Source: Candidatus Heimdallarchaeota archaeon
Lineage (GTDB): Archaea; Asgardarchaeota; Heimdallarchaeia; Hodarchaeales; Hodarchaeaceae
Direction: 5' to 3'
DNA: 20,493 nt
Assembly: GCA_020353515.1 (NCBI GenBank)
Contig: CP070695.1
Coordinates: forward strand, 173,090 to 193,582
Positions 1 to 8,977 of this stretch are shown one piece after another. The position numbers and the translations under genes are program-made. The notes under the pieces are model-generated. The model worked only from the letters and a program-made list of their open reading frames with translations, did no database searches and was not told the origin of the DNA. Each line of letters opens with the position of its first letter. Positions within the stretch are counted from its first letter, which is position 1.

Positions 1-21
1 GGAACCTTGGCAGTACTTATT

Positions 22-37
22 AAAAGACAAAGAAAAA
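22..37 (-). terminator. Possible T-rich terminator of the acyl-CoA ligase gene
   Basis: The A-rich + strand stretch at 22-37 reads as a T-rich tract on the - strand, about 45 nt after the stop codon. Confidence 0.35.
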
Positions 38-83
38 TCAATCGATAGTTCATAGCTGCCCAATAAGGCTGGAGAGATTAGCT

Positions 84-1838
84 CTAGCCATCAATCGACT
101 TTTTACGACCAGCTTTTCTCCAAATCTCGTCTCTGAGTTCACGATGAAGAACCTTGCCGATAGCACTTTTAGGTAATTCATCAATAAACTGTACATGACG
201 CGGAATCTTATATCGGGCAATACGGCCTTTACAAAACTCAATAAGCTCCTCTTCTGAAGCAGTTTCATCATCTTGTAACACAACAAATGCCATAACGGTT
301 TCTCCACGAACAGGATGTGGTGCTCCAATAACAGCGACCTCTTGAACCGCAGGATGCTCAATCAATTCTTCCTCAACCTCGCGCGGGTACACTTTAAGGC
401 CACTAACATCAATCATATTTTTCTTCCGACCTGTAATGAAAAAGAACCCATCCTCATCAATGTAGCCAATATCACCAGTTAAAAAGTAACCATCACTGTT
501 GAAGGTATTTGCAGTCTCTTCAGGTTTTTTCCAATACCCTTTCATTACTTGCGGCCCCTTCATACCAATCTCCCCCTCTTCTCCTTGTTGTAGTTCCGTA
601 TCTTGTCCTCCTTCTTTGGGGTCAAATATTTTGACGTCTGTGTCCGCGATGGGGAGACCAACGCTCCCTGGCCGCTTTAATCCTGGTACTAGAGGATTAA
701 CATGTGTCACTGGGCTCGTTTCTGTTAACCCATATCCCTCCACCACATTTGCTCCAGTCAATTCTTCAAAGTTATACATTACTTGTTCAGGGAGAGGTGC
801 AGCTCCTGAAAGACAGGCCCGAATAGATGTTAAATCATAATCTTTGATGTCTTTGTGGAAGAGGAGACCAACATATATTGAAGGAACAGCATGAAAAAAA
901 GTTGGTTTGTACTTATAGAGAGTCTCTAATAAATCCTGCAACATTGGTCTGCCAGCAAGCGGATCAGTGATTAAAACCATCGGAGAGGCTGCATTAATAG
1001 CTGCTAACATAATACAGTTCAGTGCAAATATATGAAATAAAGGAAGCGCACAAATAAAGCATTCTTCCCCTTGAACAACGGGTGGATACATAACGCTTGT
1101 CAATTGAAGCTGATTACTTACAATATTATAATGAGAGAGCATCGCTCCCTTGCTTACTCCAGTGGTACCACCAGTATATTGGATAAGAGCTAAATCTTCT
1201 TTAGGATCGATTTGAACATCGGGAACTGCTTTAGGATTGCCCTCATTAACCAGGTTTTTGAATGACAAGTCGTCAGATTGAATTCTTCTACTTAGAGGAA
1301 CCTTTCCGAATAGGGTTCCTAACCAACGTTTTGAGAATGTCATTTCATCTCTAAGTGATGTAACGATAATGTGATCCAGGTCAACTATCTTCCTATCACG
1401 CAACCTCCTAACACGCTTATAGACAATATCAACACAGATAATAACTCGAGCACCAGAATCATTGATCTGATACTCTAATTCATGATCGACATACTGCGTG
1501 TTAAACGGTACGATCATTGCTCCAAGCCGATTAATAGCAAAAAACGCAATAACAAATTGAGGACAATTGGGTAAATATATTCCAATCCTGTCTCCTTTTT
1601 TTACCCCCAATTTATGTAGTGAATTAGCCAGACGTAACACCTTCTCCCAGAGCTCACCATATTTCATTTTCTTGTCAAAAAAGACCGTGGCTACGTTATC
1701 TGGTGATAACTCTGCTGCTTCCTTCAGAAATTCATAAATTGGATAGTCATCAGGATACTCAAGAGTTTTTGGAATCTCTTCCGGCCAACTTCTAAACCAA
1801 GGTTTTTCAATTAATTCCGTTTGTTCCATGTTATCCAT
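84..1838 (-). CDS. fadD: Long-chain-fatty-acid--CoA ligase (ANL/AMP-binding family, FadD-like)
   Basis: 584 aa. AMP-binding motif YTGGTTGVSKG, EGYGLTETSP, TGDIG, GRKKNMI, and C-terminal LPKSAIGK with the catalytic Lys. Alternative ATG at 1829. Acyl-chain specificity is not determinable from sequence. Confidence 0.9.
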   Translation of the reverse strand: MDNMEQTELIEKPWFRSWPEEIPKTLEYPDDYPIYEFLKEAAELSPDNVATVFFDKKMKYGELWEKVLRLANSLHKLGVKKGDRIGIYLPNCPQFVIAFFAINRLGAMIVPFNTQYVDHELEYQINDSGARVIICVDIVYKRVRRLRDRKIVDLDHIIVTSLRDEMTFSKRWLGTLFGKVPLSRRIQSDDLSFKNLVNEGNPKAVPDVQIDPKEDLALIQYTGGTTGVSKGAMLSHYNIVSNQLQLTSVMYPPVVQGEECFICALPLFHIFALNCIMLAAINAASPMVLITDPLAGRPMLQDLLETLYKYKPTFFHAVPSIYVGLLFHKDIKDYDLTSIRACLSGAAPLPEQVMYNFEELTGANVVEGYGLTETSPVTHVNPLVPGLKRPGSVGLPIADTDVKIFDPKEGGQDTELQQGEEGEIGMKGPQVMKGYWKKPEETANTFNSDGYFLTGDIGYIDEDGFFFITGRKKNMIDVSGLKVYPREVEEELIEHPAVQEVAVIGAPHPVRGETVMAFVVLQDDETASEEELIEFCKGRIARYKIPRHVQFIDELPKSAIGKVLHRELRDEIWRKAGRKKSIDG

Positions 1839-2380
1839 TCCATCTAATTAACAGGTCATAATGAATTTTCCATTCTATCGAAACGAGCTTCCACCTCAAT
1901 TAAGGAGACATGTCACACAATAATGGGGCTTGATCTCTCTTTTATAAGCATGTAGGCTCTATTCGTTTATTGTAGGACTGTACTAAGAGTAACACAATGG
2001 TCTATCTACATCTGAACCTTTTAAATTGTTAAGCTTTTTGTAATAATACTAAGTTTTTAATATTTACCTCCTATTGTCTACTAAGTTTTCTAATAATTAT
2101 CCGATCCATTCCCAAGAGGTTAATTTTAGCTATTATTCCTCCCTAAACAACCTCTAGAGTTGATATTAAGAGTTTGAAGTTCAAAAACTCCTAGAAAATC
2201 TCCAATAAGGAAGTTCCTGATAACATAAAGCTAGTCTGTAATAATTTTGGGAAATTAGGATCTCTTTCTCAACGTAAAATTTATAACAAAATTCTCTAGG
2301 TTAAAACGAAGTGTGGGCAACAAATACTTCTTTGTTCCCATCTTACAAAAACCAGTAAATGAATGTGTAAAAAAGAGTAA

Positions 2381-3967
2381 GTGAATAAAATGAAGAAAAA
2401 AAACTCAATATTTCTCATTATAGTGATTTTCACCCTATTTTTTGTGTCGTCGATGAATTCTGTCAATGCTGCAACAACAGCTAGACCGACAATAAAAGTC
2501 GGTGCTGTTGGACCATTAGCAATAACTCCTGGGAATGACATGACAAATGGGTTAGAATTGGCATTAGAAGAAATTAATGAAGATGGCGTTAATGTAGATG
2601 GAACAGTATACGACATTGAATTAATTATTGAGACGAGCTCGGGTGATCTTGGTATTCCAGATCCTGCAGTTGGTGTTGCGGCTGGGAAGAAACTTATTGA
2701 AGATGATGATGTTGTAGCACTCATTGGAGGATTCCGTACAGAGGTTGTACTCGGGATCATGAGTCCATTAATCTTGGATAGACCCTTCCTTGGAATCGGG
2801 GCATCAGCACCCATTATCTCACCCCACTTCTGGAGAATCGGCCCTAGTAACGTTTCTGGTCTTGCTCGTAATGTTATCGATTTATATGCCTATGCTTTGA
2901 TTCCAGACATGGGTGTACGAAACATTACCATCGTTCGAGAAGAAGCCGCTTGGACGTTTGCAATGGGTCTTGGAATCAAGGCAGCTTGTACAGGATTGGC
3001 AGCTGCAGGCGTTTATGGAGCAGGTGTTACTGTAAACTTCACTGATGATATAGTACTCCCAGTAACCTATAAACTAGATGATGTAAAAACCGCTATGTCT
3101 GTACTTAAAGCAGATACTTATCAAGATTTAGAAGTCAATGCTCTGTGTACAGTCTTATCTGGTCCTGTCGGAAAATATGTCCCACAAGCTTGGTCATCTC
3201 ATGATTTACCTATGATGCTGGCTGGAATAAACGTTGAGTCGCAAGTAAGTACCTTTTTTGATGAAACTGAAGGAGCTTGCTATGGTGAGATTGAGCTTGA
3301 AACATGTCCTCCCGATGTGGAACCAAACGAAAATACGGCACCATTCCGAACAAAATATGAAGATGAATACGACGAATTACCAACATACACAGCTTTCGCA
3401 AGCTACGATGCTCTCTACGTATTAAAGGATGCTCTTGAGGATGCTGACTCCTTCGAAGCAACTGACATCGAAACTTCTTTGGCAAAAACTGATTATGAAG
3501 GGACTGCATACCAAATTAAGTTTACGAGTGAACCTGGTCCCCATTGGACAGTAGCTATTAATGCCACAACGGGTGCCCCGTACTATGTTCCCATTCTTAA
3601 AGATGAAAATGATGTCGGTGTTCCTATAGGTACATTTAATGTACACGATCTCTACGTTCCATATGGATATGGACATGATAATCGTCCTTATACTATTGGC
3701 TATTGGGCTCAGTGGCAACAGGGTGGAGAAAAAGTAACCGTCTGGCATGGAAACGATCCTGCAAATTTCAATGATGAGTATAGTCCAATGGATGACCAAA
3801 GAGTTTTCACAGAGGATTACGACCCAGAATGGCCAATAAACCATTCAGATCATGGATGGACAGAGGAACAAGCTACACCTGGGTATGAGCTACCAATAGT
3901 ATTTCTTGGCTTGGGATTCATAATAACACTTGTAATTCTTCAACGTAAGAAGCAGAAGACACGTTGA
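2381..3967 (+). CDS. LIV-type (branched-chain amino acid family, PBP type 1) ABC transporter substrate-binding protein with signal peptide and C-terminal membrane anchor
   Basis: Signal peptide (KKKN, hydrophobic core, VNA-A). Family motifs IKVGAVGPL, GLELALEEINEDG, LIEDDDVVALIGG, SYDALYVLKDALE. C-terminal TPGY + TM helix + RKKQKTR. The start may be the ATG at 2390. Confidence 0.88.
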   Translation: MNKMKKKNSIFLIIVIFTLFFVSSMNSVNAATTARPTIKVGAVGPLAITPGNDMTNGLELALEEINEDGVNVDGTVYDIELIIETSSGDLGIPDPAVGVAAGKKLIEDDDVVALIGGFRTEVVLGIMSPLILDRPFLGIGASAPIISPHFWRIGPSNVSGLARNVIDLYAYALIPDMGVRNITIVREEAAWTFAMGLGIKAACTGLAAAGVYGAGVTVNFTDDIVLPVTYKLDDVKTAMSVLKADTYQDLEVNALCTVLSGPVGKYVPQAWSSHDLPMMLAGINVESQVSTFFDETEGACYGEIELETCPPDVEPNENTAPFRTKYEDEYDELPTYTAFASYDALYVLKDALEDADSFEATDIETSLAKTDYEGTAYQIKFTSEPGPHWTVAINATTGAPYYVPILKDENDVGVPIGTFNVHDLYVPYGYGHDNRPYTIGYWAQWQQGGEKVTVWHGNDPANFNDEYSPMDDQRVFTEDYDPEWPINHSDHGWTEEQATPGYELPIVFLGLGFIITLVILQRKKQKTR

Positions 3968-3980
3968 ATACAAGCGTTCC

Positions 3981-3993
3981 TTTTTTTTTTTTT
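3981..3993 (+). terminator. Oligo-T (T13) archaeal-type terminator after the binding-protein gene
   Basis: 13 consecutive T beginning 14 nt after the TGA stop. Confidence 0.65.
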
Positions 3994-4135
3994 AGTTGAG
4001 AAAGAGAACTACCTGCTGTAATATTGTTGGTTGAGTAACACCTTTCGGAAAGCTTGATAAACACAACCTTAATTGACACCCCACCTTTTTAAACCAAACA
4101 GTATGTTTTTGTTTTATTACCTAGCTTACTAAAAC

Positions 4136-5647
4136 GTGAATAACTGGAGAGTTCTTATGAAAAATCTATCAAAAGCTAAATTTACCGAATATTTACAAGA
4201 CGAATTTTGGCTTCTATTTGGTTTAGTTATCCTTTTCATTTTTTTCTTAACATTTCCTTTTATATACTCCATTTTGTATTTTGAGGAGCCTGCTATCGGC
4301 ATACAAATAATCTTGAACGGTATTGTTATTAGCGTCCTATATGCAACCTTAGCTTTAGGATTTTCTTTGATCTATGGTGTTGCTAAACAGCTCAAACTTT
4401 CCCTCGGGGGATATTATGTAATAGCAGCATATTCCATGTATTTTTTACTTGAGGCTAGGCAGATTGTCCCAGGTTCTGTTCCTCTTATAGTAGAATCAGA
4501 AATAAATATCGATGGACTAATACTATTGGGTTTATTTCTACTTCCCCTTCTAGGAATAGTTATAATTATAATATTTTTCTGGACAGTATTTGAAAAACGA
4601 GAGTTTTTTCTACTATTAATATCACCAATAATAGCTGGCGGAGGTTTTATTATTGTTTCATTGGTTCTTAGAGGAACTTCTGGCCTTCTGATTCAAACTC
4701 TTTTGGAAGGTTTGTACATTAGTCTTGCTGTTCTTGTACTAACTCTAGCAGCTTGGTATCTAGAACTTCCTAAACGAGAGATAGCAGTTGGTGTTGGTAT
4801 TCTTGGGGTACTTGTACCTTTGTCAATGGTCTTAATCAAGCTAAATGTAGTCTATCTAGCATTAATGACTGTTGCAGTGATGGTTACTGCGTGCCTTGCG
4901 ATGTTATCTGATCGTTTTTTAATCGATAAAATTCGACATTCACATATTAATGTAATGATTGTTACATTCGCAGTTGCCCTCTTTGTTCAAAATTTTATTC
5001 AGATAGTTTATTTTCCATTTGAGGGCAGAGAGTTACTCAAATTTGGTCCAGAGGATCGTACTCTCCATGGAATAATTCCCTTAAATGACATGCTAGTGGT
5101 GGATCTAAGTTTTTTCTGGCATGGTATAGGAAAAGCACACATATCATGGCTAAGGATTATTTCTGTATTATTTTGTATTGTAACCCTTGTGCTTTTGTAT
5201 GTATTTATCTGGTTTACTAGAATGGGAAAAGCTCTACGAGCTGTTTCTCAGGATGAGGAAGCTGCAGCACTTGCAGGCATTGATATTCGAAAAGTGACAG
5301 CTATTGTCAGCGGAGTAGGTATGGGGATAATTGGATTTGCTGCCGTGCTAACATCATCTTTTAGTGCCAATCCCCAATGGAGTCCTTACATGGGATGGTG
5401 GGTGTTAATTTCGTGCATCGCTGTTGTAACACTTGGCGGAATGGGCAGTCTTCCTGGAACTACTCTAGCAGCCTTTATTATAGGTTTCTCCGAGGCTATA
5501 ACTGGCAGTATGACCATGAATGTATGGCCTGGAGTTATCGATGTTCCATTTAACAGTTTTTCTCCAATTATTCCATTCGCAGCTATCTTGTTGGTATTGA
5601 TTTTTAAACCAGAGGGATTACTAGGAACTAAGGAGGAATTGGAATAA
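4136..5647 (+). CDS. livH: LIV-type ABC transporter permease, LivH-like, with large hydrophobic insertion
   Basis: QIILNG...LALGFSLIYGV, TRMGKALRAVSQDEEAAALAGID, LGGMGSLPGT, FKPEGLLG. The likely start is ATG 4157, preceded by GGAG. Confidence 0.9.
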   Translation: MNNWRVLMKNLSKAKFTEYLQDEFWLLFGLVILFIFFLTFPFIYSILYFEEPAIGIQIILNGIVISVLYATLALGFSLIYGVAKQLKLSLGGYYVIAAYSMYFLLEARQIVPGSVPLIVESEINIDGLILLGLFLLPLLGIVIIIIFFWTVFEKREFFLLLISPIIAGGGFIIVSLVLRGTSGLLIQTLLEGLYISLAVLVLTLAAWYLELPKREIAVGVGILGVLVPLSMVLIKLNVVYLALMTVAVMVTACLAMLSDRFLIDKIRHSHINVMIVTFAVALFVQNFIQIVYFPFEGRELLKFGPEDRTLHGIIPLNDMLVVDLSFFWHGIGKAHISWLRIISVLFCIVTLVLLYVFIWFTRMGKALRAVSQDEEAAALAGIDIRKVTAIVSGVGMGIIGFAAVLTSSFSANPQWSPYMGWWVLISCIAVVTLGGMGSLPGTTLAAFIIGFSEAITGSMTMNVWPGVIDVPFNSFSPIIPFAAILLVLIFKPEGLLGTKEELE

Positions 5648-7272
5648 TGGAATGGAGAGAAGTAGTTGAAAATATATGGGACGAACTGACAGATCGTTCA
5701 TTTTACATAATAGCAGTAACAATATTGATCTTAGCTCCATTAATTGTCGCAACACCCCCTTCAAATTTACCAATATTTAATATCATCTACAATGGTTCAA
5801 GAGTGCCGATATTGAGTGATATATATGATTTGGGCCGCAACATTGGTTTATTTGGAACAAATAATTGGATGATGAATATTCTCTCACTTTGCCTGATTTG
5901 GGCTATTTTTGCAGCTTCTTGGGATTTTTTGGCTGGATATAGTGGACAAGTCAGTTTTGGGCATGCTGCTTTCTGGGGATTTTCAGCTTATGTTGCCTAT
6001 TGGGTAGCTGCTGGTTTCAACGTAATAATCCCTATAATCAATTTAGATTTAGGATTTAATTTTGAACTTGATCCTATTCTCGCATTAATATTTGGAGGAC
6101 TTATGTCAGCTCTCCTCGCATGTGGCCTTGGAATAGTCTCTTTACGTGTAAAGGGTTTCTATCTTGCTTTAGTAACCTTAGTCATCCCTCTGATTTTTTA
6201 CTCGTTAGCAAATACTTTCAGGGAGTTAACAGGAGGGAATTATGGTCTTCAAAGTGATGTAACACGTGTTGTCCCTCTACCTCCTGAAGGGCCTCTCTTT
6301 CGTGAGACTCTTGCTCTGAACTTCTATATTTTTGTCCTTCTGATGTTTTTTATCATCATAGGGTTCATGATGTTAATAGCTTTCTCACGAATAGGTCTCG
6401 CGTTTCAATCAGTTCGTGAAGATGAGGATGCTGCTGAGTCTCTTGGTATTAACATTCGTAATTACAAAATTCTTGCTTTCACGTTAAGCGCGTTTTTCGC
6501 AGGTATCGCAGGAGGATTGTATGCACAATGGTTTAATTATGTGTCCCCTACATATTTGGAAAGCGCTTTCTCCTTCCAAGTAATAATCATGTGTGTTATA
6601 GGAGGCATTGGAACAATCACTGGTGGTATTATAGGAGCTTTTTTGTTAATAATCCTCGTAAACGTTTTTCTTAAGAGTGTTTTTTCAGATGTTCATGGTT
6701 TGGATATGCTCAGCTTTGGATTGTTGCTTATTATTACACTACGCTATATGCCCTTTGGCCTTTCTCGTTCGACAAAGGATCAGAAAAGGGCTATTGTTTT
6801 GGGTATTCTGTTTGCGCTTGCTTGGACAATTCTTCCAAGCAGCGATGGTTGGGGAGTTGAATTTTTTTCATCCATTCTTCCAAATAATGGACAAGCAAAA
6901 GACCCACTAAGCCAACTAATATCCATTACAGTCACGTCTATTTTAACCTTGGTTGGGAAAATCGATAGTCTAGGTCAGATGGCGACATCTCTCACAACAG
7001 ATAATTTTTTAACATTTATTATTCTCATAATCATGTTCATCTTTTCAATTCCAGCCATTCTCATCTTCCTGATTAGCGAAATCGTTGGTTTATTTCTTTT
7101 CGAAAGTATTATGGGAATAAATTTGATAGGGGGATCACTTATTAAAGCAAAGTTCCTCATTTTTACTGTTGTTGGAATTCCTTTTGCTTTTTACCTTCCA
7201 AAAATATTTAAGGCACTTAGACTAAGATATTGGGGTGTCTGGCCCTCTGTTGGTCGATATGAACCCGATTAA
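5647..7272 (+). CDS. livM: LIV-type ABC transporter permease, LivM-like, with long C-terminal membrane extension
   Basis: GYSGQVSFGHAAF, LRVKGFYLALVTL, LTGGNYG, VREDEDAAESLGIN, IGGIGT, MPFGL. The start overlaps the livH stop (TAATG) and has AGGAGG upstream. Confidence 0.9.
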   Translation: MEWREVVENIWDELTDRSFYIIAVTILILAPLIVATPPSNLPIFNIIYNGSRVPILSDIYDLGRNIGLFGTNNWMMNILSLCLIWAIFAASWDFLAGYSGQVSFGHAAFWGFSAYVAYWVAAGFNVIIPIINLDLGFNFELDPILALIFGGLMSALLACGLGIVSLRVKGFYLALVTLVIPLIFYSLANTFRELTGGNYGLQSDVTRVVPLPPEGPLFRETLALNFYIFVLLMFFIIIGFMMLIAFSRIGLAFQSVREDEDAAESLGINIRNYKILAFTLSAFFAGIAGGLYAQWFNYVSPTYLESAFSFQVIIMCVIGGIGTITGGIIGAFLLIILVNVFLKSVFSDVHGLDMLSFGLLLIITLRYMPFGLSRSTKDQKRAIVLGILFALAWTILPSSDGWGVEFFSSILPNNGQAKDPLSQLISITVTSILTLVGKIDSLGQMATSLTTDNFLTFIILIIMFIFSIPAILIFLISEIVGLFLFESIMGINLIGGSLIKAKFLIFTVVGIPFAFYLPKIFKALRLRYWGVWPSVGRYEPD

Positions 7273-7291
7273 AGAAATGGTGAAGTTTTAA

Positions 7292-8071
7292 ATGTCACAA
7301 AATAAAGCCCAGGACGCTAACTCTCGCCCTGATGAAGATTCACTCATTAAGGTTAAGAATCTTAGTAAACACTTTGAGGGCTTAAAAGCTGTTGATCAAG
7401 TTAATTTTTCAGTAAAGGCTGGAGAACTCGTTGGAGTTATCGGGCCTAATGGAGCTGGTAAAACTACTCTATTCAATCTATTAACTGGATTCTTAAAACC
7501 AACTGGAGGAGAAGTATTTTTTGAGGGGAAGAATATTACAGGTTGGCCAACTTTCAAAATAGCAAAACTAGGGGTAGCTCGGACTTTCCAATTAGTACGT
7601 CCATTCAAATTTCTAGATGCATTAGAGAACGCCATGGTACCTCATATTCCGAAAAATTTCTTTGCGAAGTCATCTACACTTCGCAATAAGGCTATCTGGT
7701 CATTAATTACAGTTGATCTTGCTGAAAAAAAGAACTATCCTGCATTTATTTTACCTCATGGAGATTTAAAAAGACTTGATATCGCAAGATCTTTTGCGGT
7801 TCAACCGCGAATTTTACTTTTAGATGAACCCTTCTCAGGACTTAGTTTCGAAGAGGCTTTTAGAGTTCAACGTTTGATTCGTGAAGCTCACGAAAACGGT
7901 GTGGCGTTAGTCATAGTAGAACACAAGCTCAAAATATTGATGAAACTGGTTGAACGAGTCCTAGTACTTCACCAGGGTAGATTGATAGGCGAGGGATCAC
8001 CAAAAGAGATCGCAAACAATCAAAAGGTTATTAATGCATATTTAGGAACCGAGGCGAAGGAATATGCCTGA
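7292..8071 (+). CDS. livG: LIV-type ABC transporter ATP-binding subunit, LivG-like
   Basis: Walker A GPNGAGKTT, GVARTFQ, Walker B LLLDEP, VEH switch, C-terminal VINAYLG. GGTGA upstream. Confidence 0.93.
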   Translation: MSQNKAQDANSRPDEDSLIKVKNLSKHFEGLKAVDQVNFSVKAGELVGVIGPNGAGKTTLFNLLTGFLKPTGGEVFFEGKNITGWPTFKIAKLGVARTFQLVRPFKFLDALENAMVPHIPKNFFAKSSTLRNKAIWSLITVDLAEKKNYPAFILPHGDLKRLDIARSFAVQPRILLLDEPFSGLSFEEAFRVQRLIREAHENGVALVIVEHKLKILMKLVERVLVLHQGRLIGEGSPKEIANNQKVINAYLGTEAKEYA

Positions 8072-8840
8072 AAACACATCTCAATCATATCTCCTTGAAC
8101 TCCAAGGAGCCAGTGTCCACTATGGCCGTGCAATTGTACTTGCATCTGTTTCAATCACAGTAGAAAAAGGAGAATTAGTTGCCATTATTGGACCGAATGG
8201 AACAGGTAAGTCAACTCTGCTGAGAGCAATATCAGGTCTTGTAGAGCTTGAACATGGAAAAATCTTCTTCGAAGGCCAACTTATTGCGGAGTCCACAAAG
8301 AGTGAGTTTCGGGTGATGGGGAGAAATCTCTCACTAAAACCTCATAAGATTGTTGAACTAGGTATTGTTCATTGTCCTGAGAGACGAAGACTTTTTACAG
8401 AGTCATCTGTTAGAGATAATCTTGAATTAGGTGCTTACACTATTACAGATAGAGAAAAAGCTAAGAAAACAATGGAATGGGTTTTAAAATTATTTCCTTT
8501 TATTGAGGAACGCCTTGATGAAAATGCGGGGGTGTTTTCTGGTGGAGAACAACAAATGATTGCCATAGGACGTTCGCTTATGGGGAATCCCAAGTTATTA
8601 CTTTTAGATGAGCCTAGTTTAGGATTAGCACCAATGATCAAACGTAATATTGTTGAGGCAATCAGACAAATCCAAAAAGCAGGAACAACCATCCTATTGG
8701 TTGAACAGGATGCGAGTATTGCATTAGAAATATGTGATCGTGGGTATCTTTTGGAAGATGGCAGGATTGAATTAGAGGGAACCAGTTCTGAATTATCCAT
8801 CAATAAGCATGTTAAAGAAGCATATTTAGGTATAGCTTAG
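8064..8840 (+). CDS. livF: LIV-type ABC transporter ATP-binding subunit, LivF-like
   Basis: GPNGTGKS, PERRRLF, FSGGEQQM, LLLDEPSLGLAP, LVEQ, VKEAYLG. Overlaps livG by 8 nt. Confidence 0.93.
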   Translation: MPENTSQSYLLELQGASVHYGRAIVLASVSITVEKGELVAIIGPNGTGKSTLLRAISGLVELEHGKIFFEGQLIAESTKSEFRVMGRNLSLKPHKIVELGIVHCPERRRLFTESSVRDNLELGAYTITDREKAKKTMEWVLKLFPFIEERLDENAGVFSGGEQQMIAIGRSLMGNPKLLLLDEPSLGLAPMIKRNIVEAIRQIQKAGTTILLVEQDASIALEICDRGYLLEDGRIELEGTSSELSINKHVKEAYLGIA

Positions 8841-8869
8841 TATTCTTTCTATTTTCAACTCTTCAATCT

Positions 8870-8910
8870 TAGCCATTAATGGCTACCAAGTAGCGAATCC
8901 ACTATATAAA
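8870..8910 (+). promoter_or_regulatory. 16-bp perfect palindrome followed by a TATA-like box upstream of the deacylase gene
   Basis: TAGCCATTAATGGCTA at 8870-8885 and TATATAAA at 8903-8910. The regulatory function is inferred. Confidence 0.4.
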
Positions 8911-8977
8911 TAGCTTAAAATCTATAATTTAAAAATAAGAGGAGGAAAAATCAACCACATTCATGAAGGTGAACTGA

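Noticed and set aside
50-840. ORFs 50..361 (-) and 499..840 (+)
   Set aside because: Alternate-frame or antisense shadows of the acyl-CoA ligase with no recognisable motifs.
1981-2100. Direct repeats as a CRISPR remnant
   Set aside because: Too short, too few and irregularly spaced. No cas genes are present.
2296-3844. Antisense ORFs 2296..2814, 3210..3509 and 3422..3844
   Set aside because: They lie opposite the well-supported binding-protein gene and have compositions typical of antisense frames.
7700-7800. Degenerate ABC signature (LPHGD) in LivG as a sign of inactivation
   Set aside because: LivG signatures are normally degenerate, and the Walker A, Walker B and His switch are intact.
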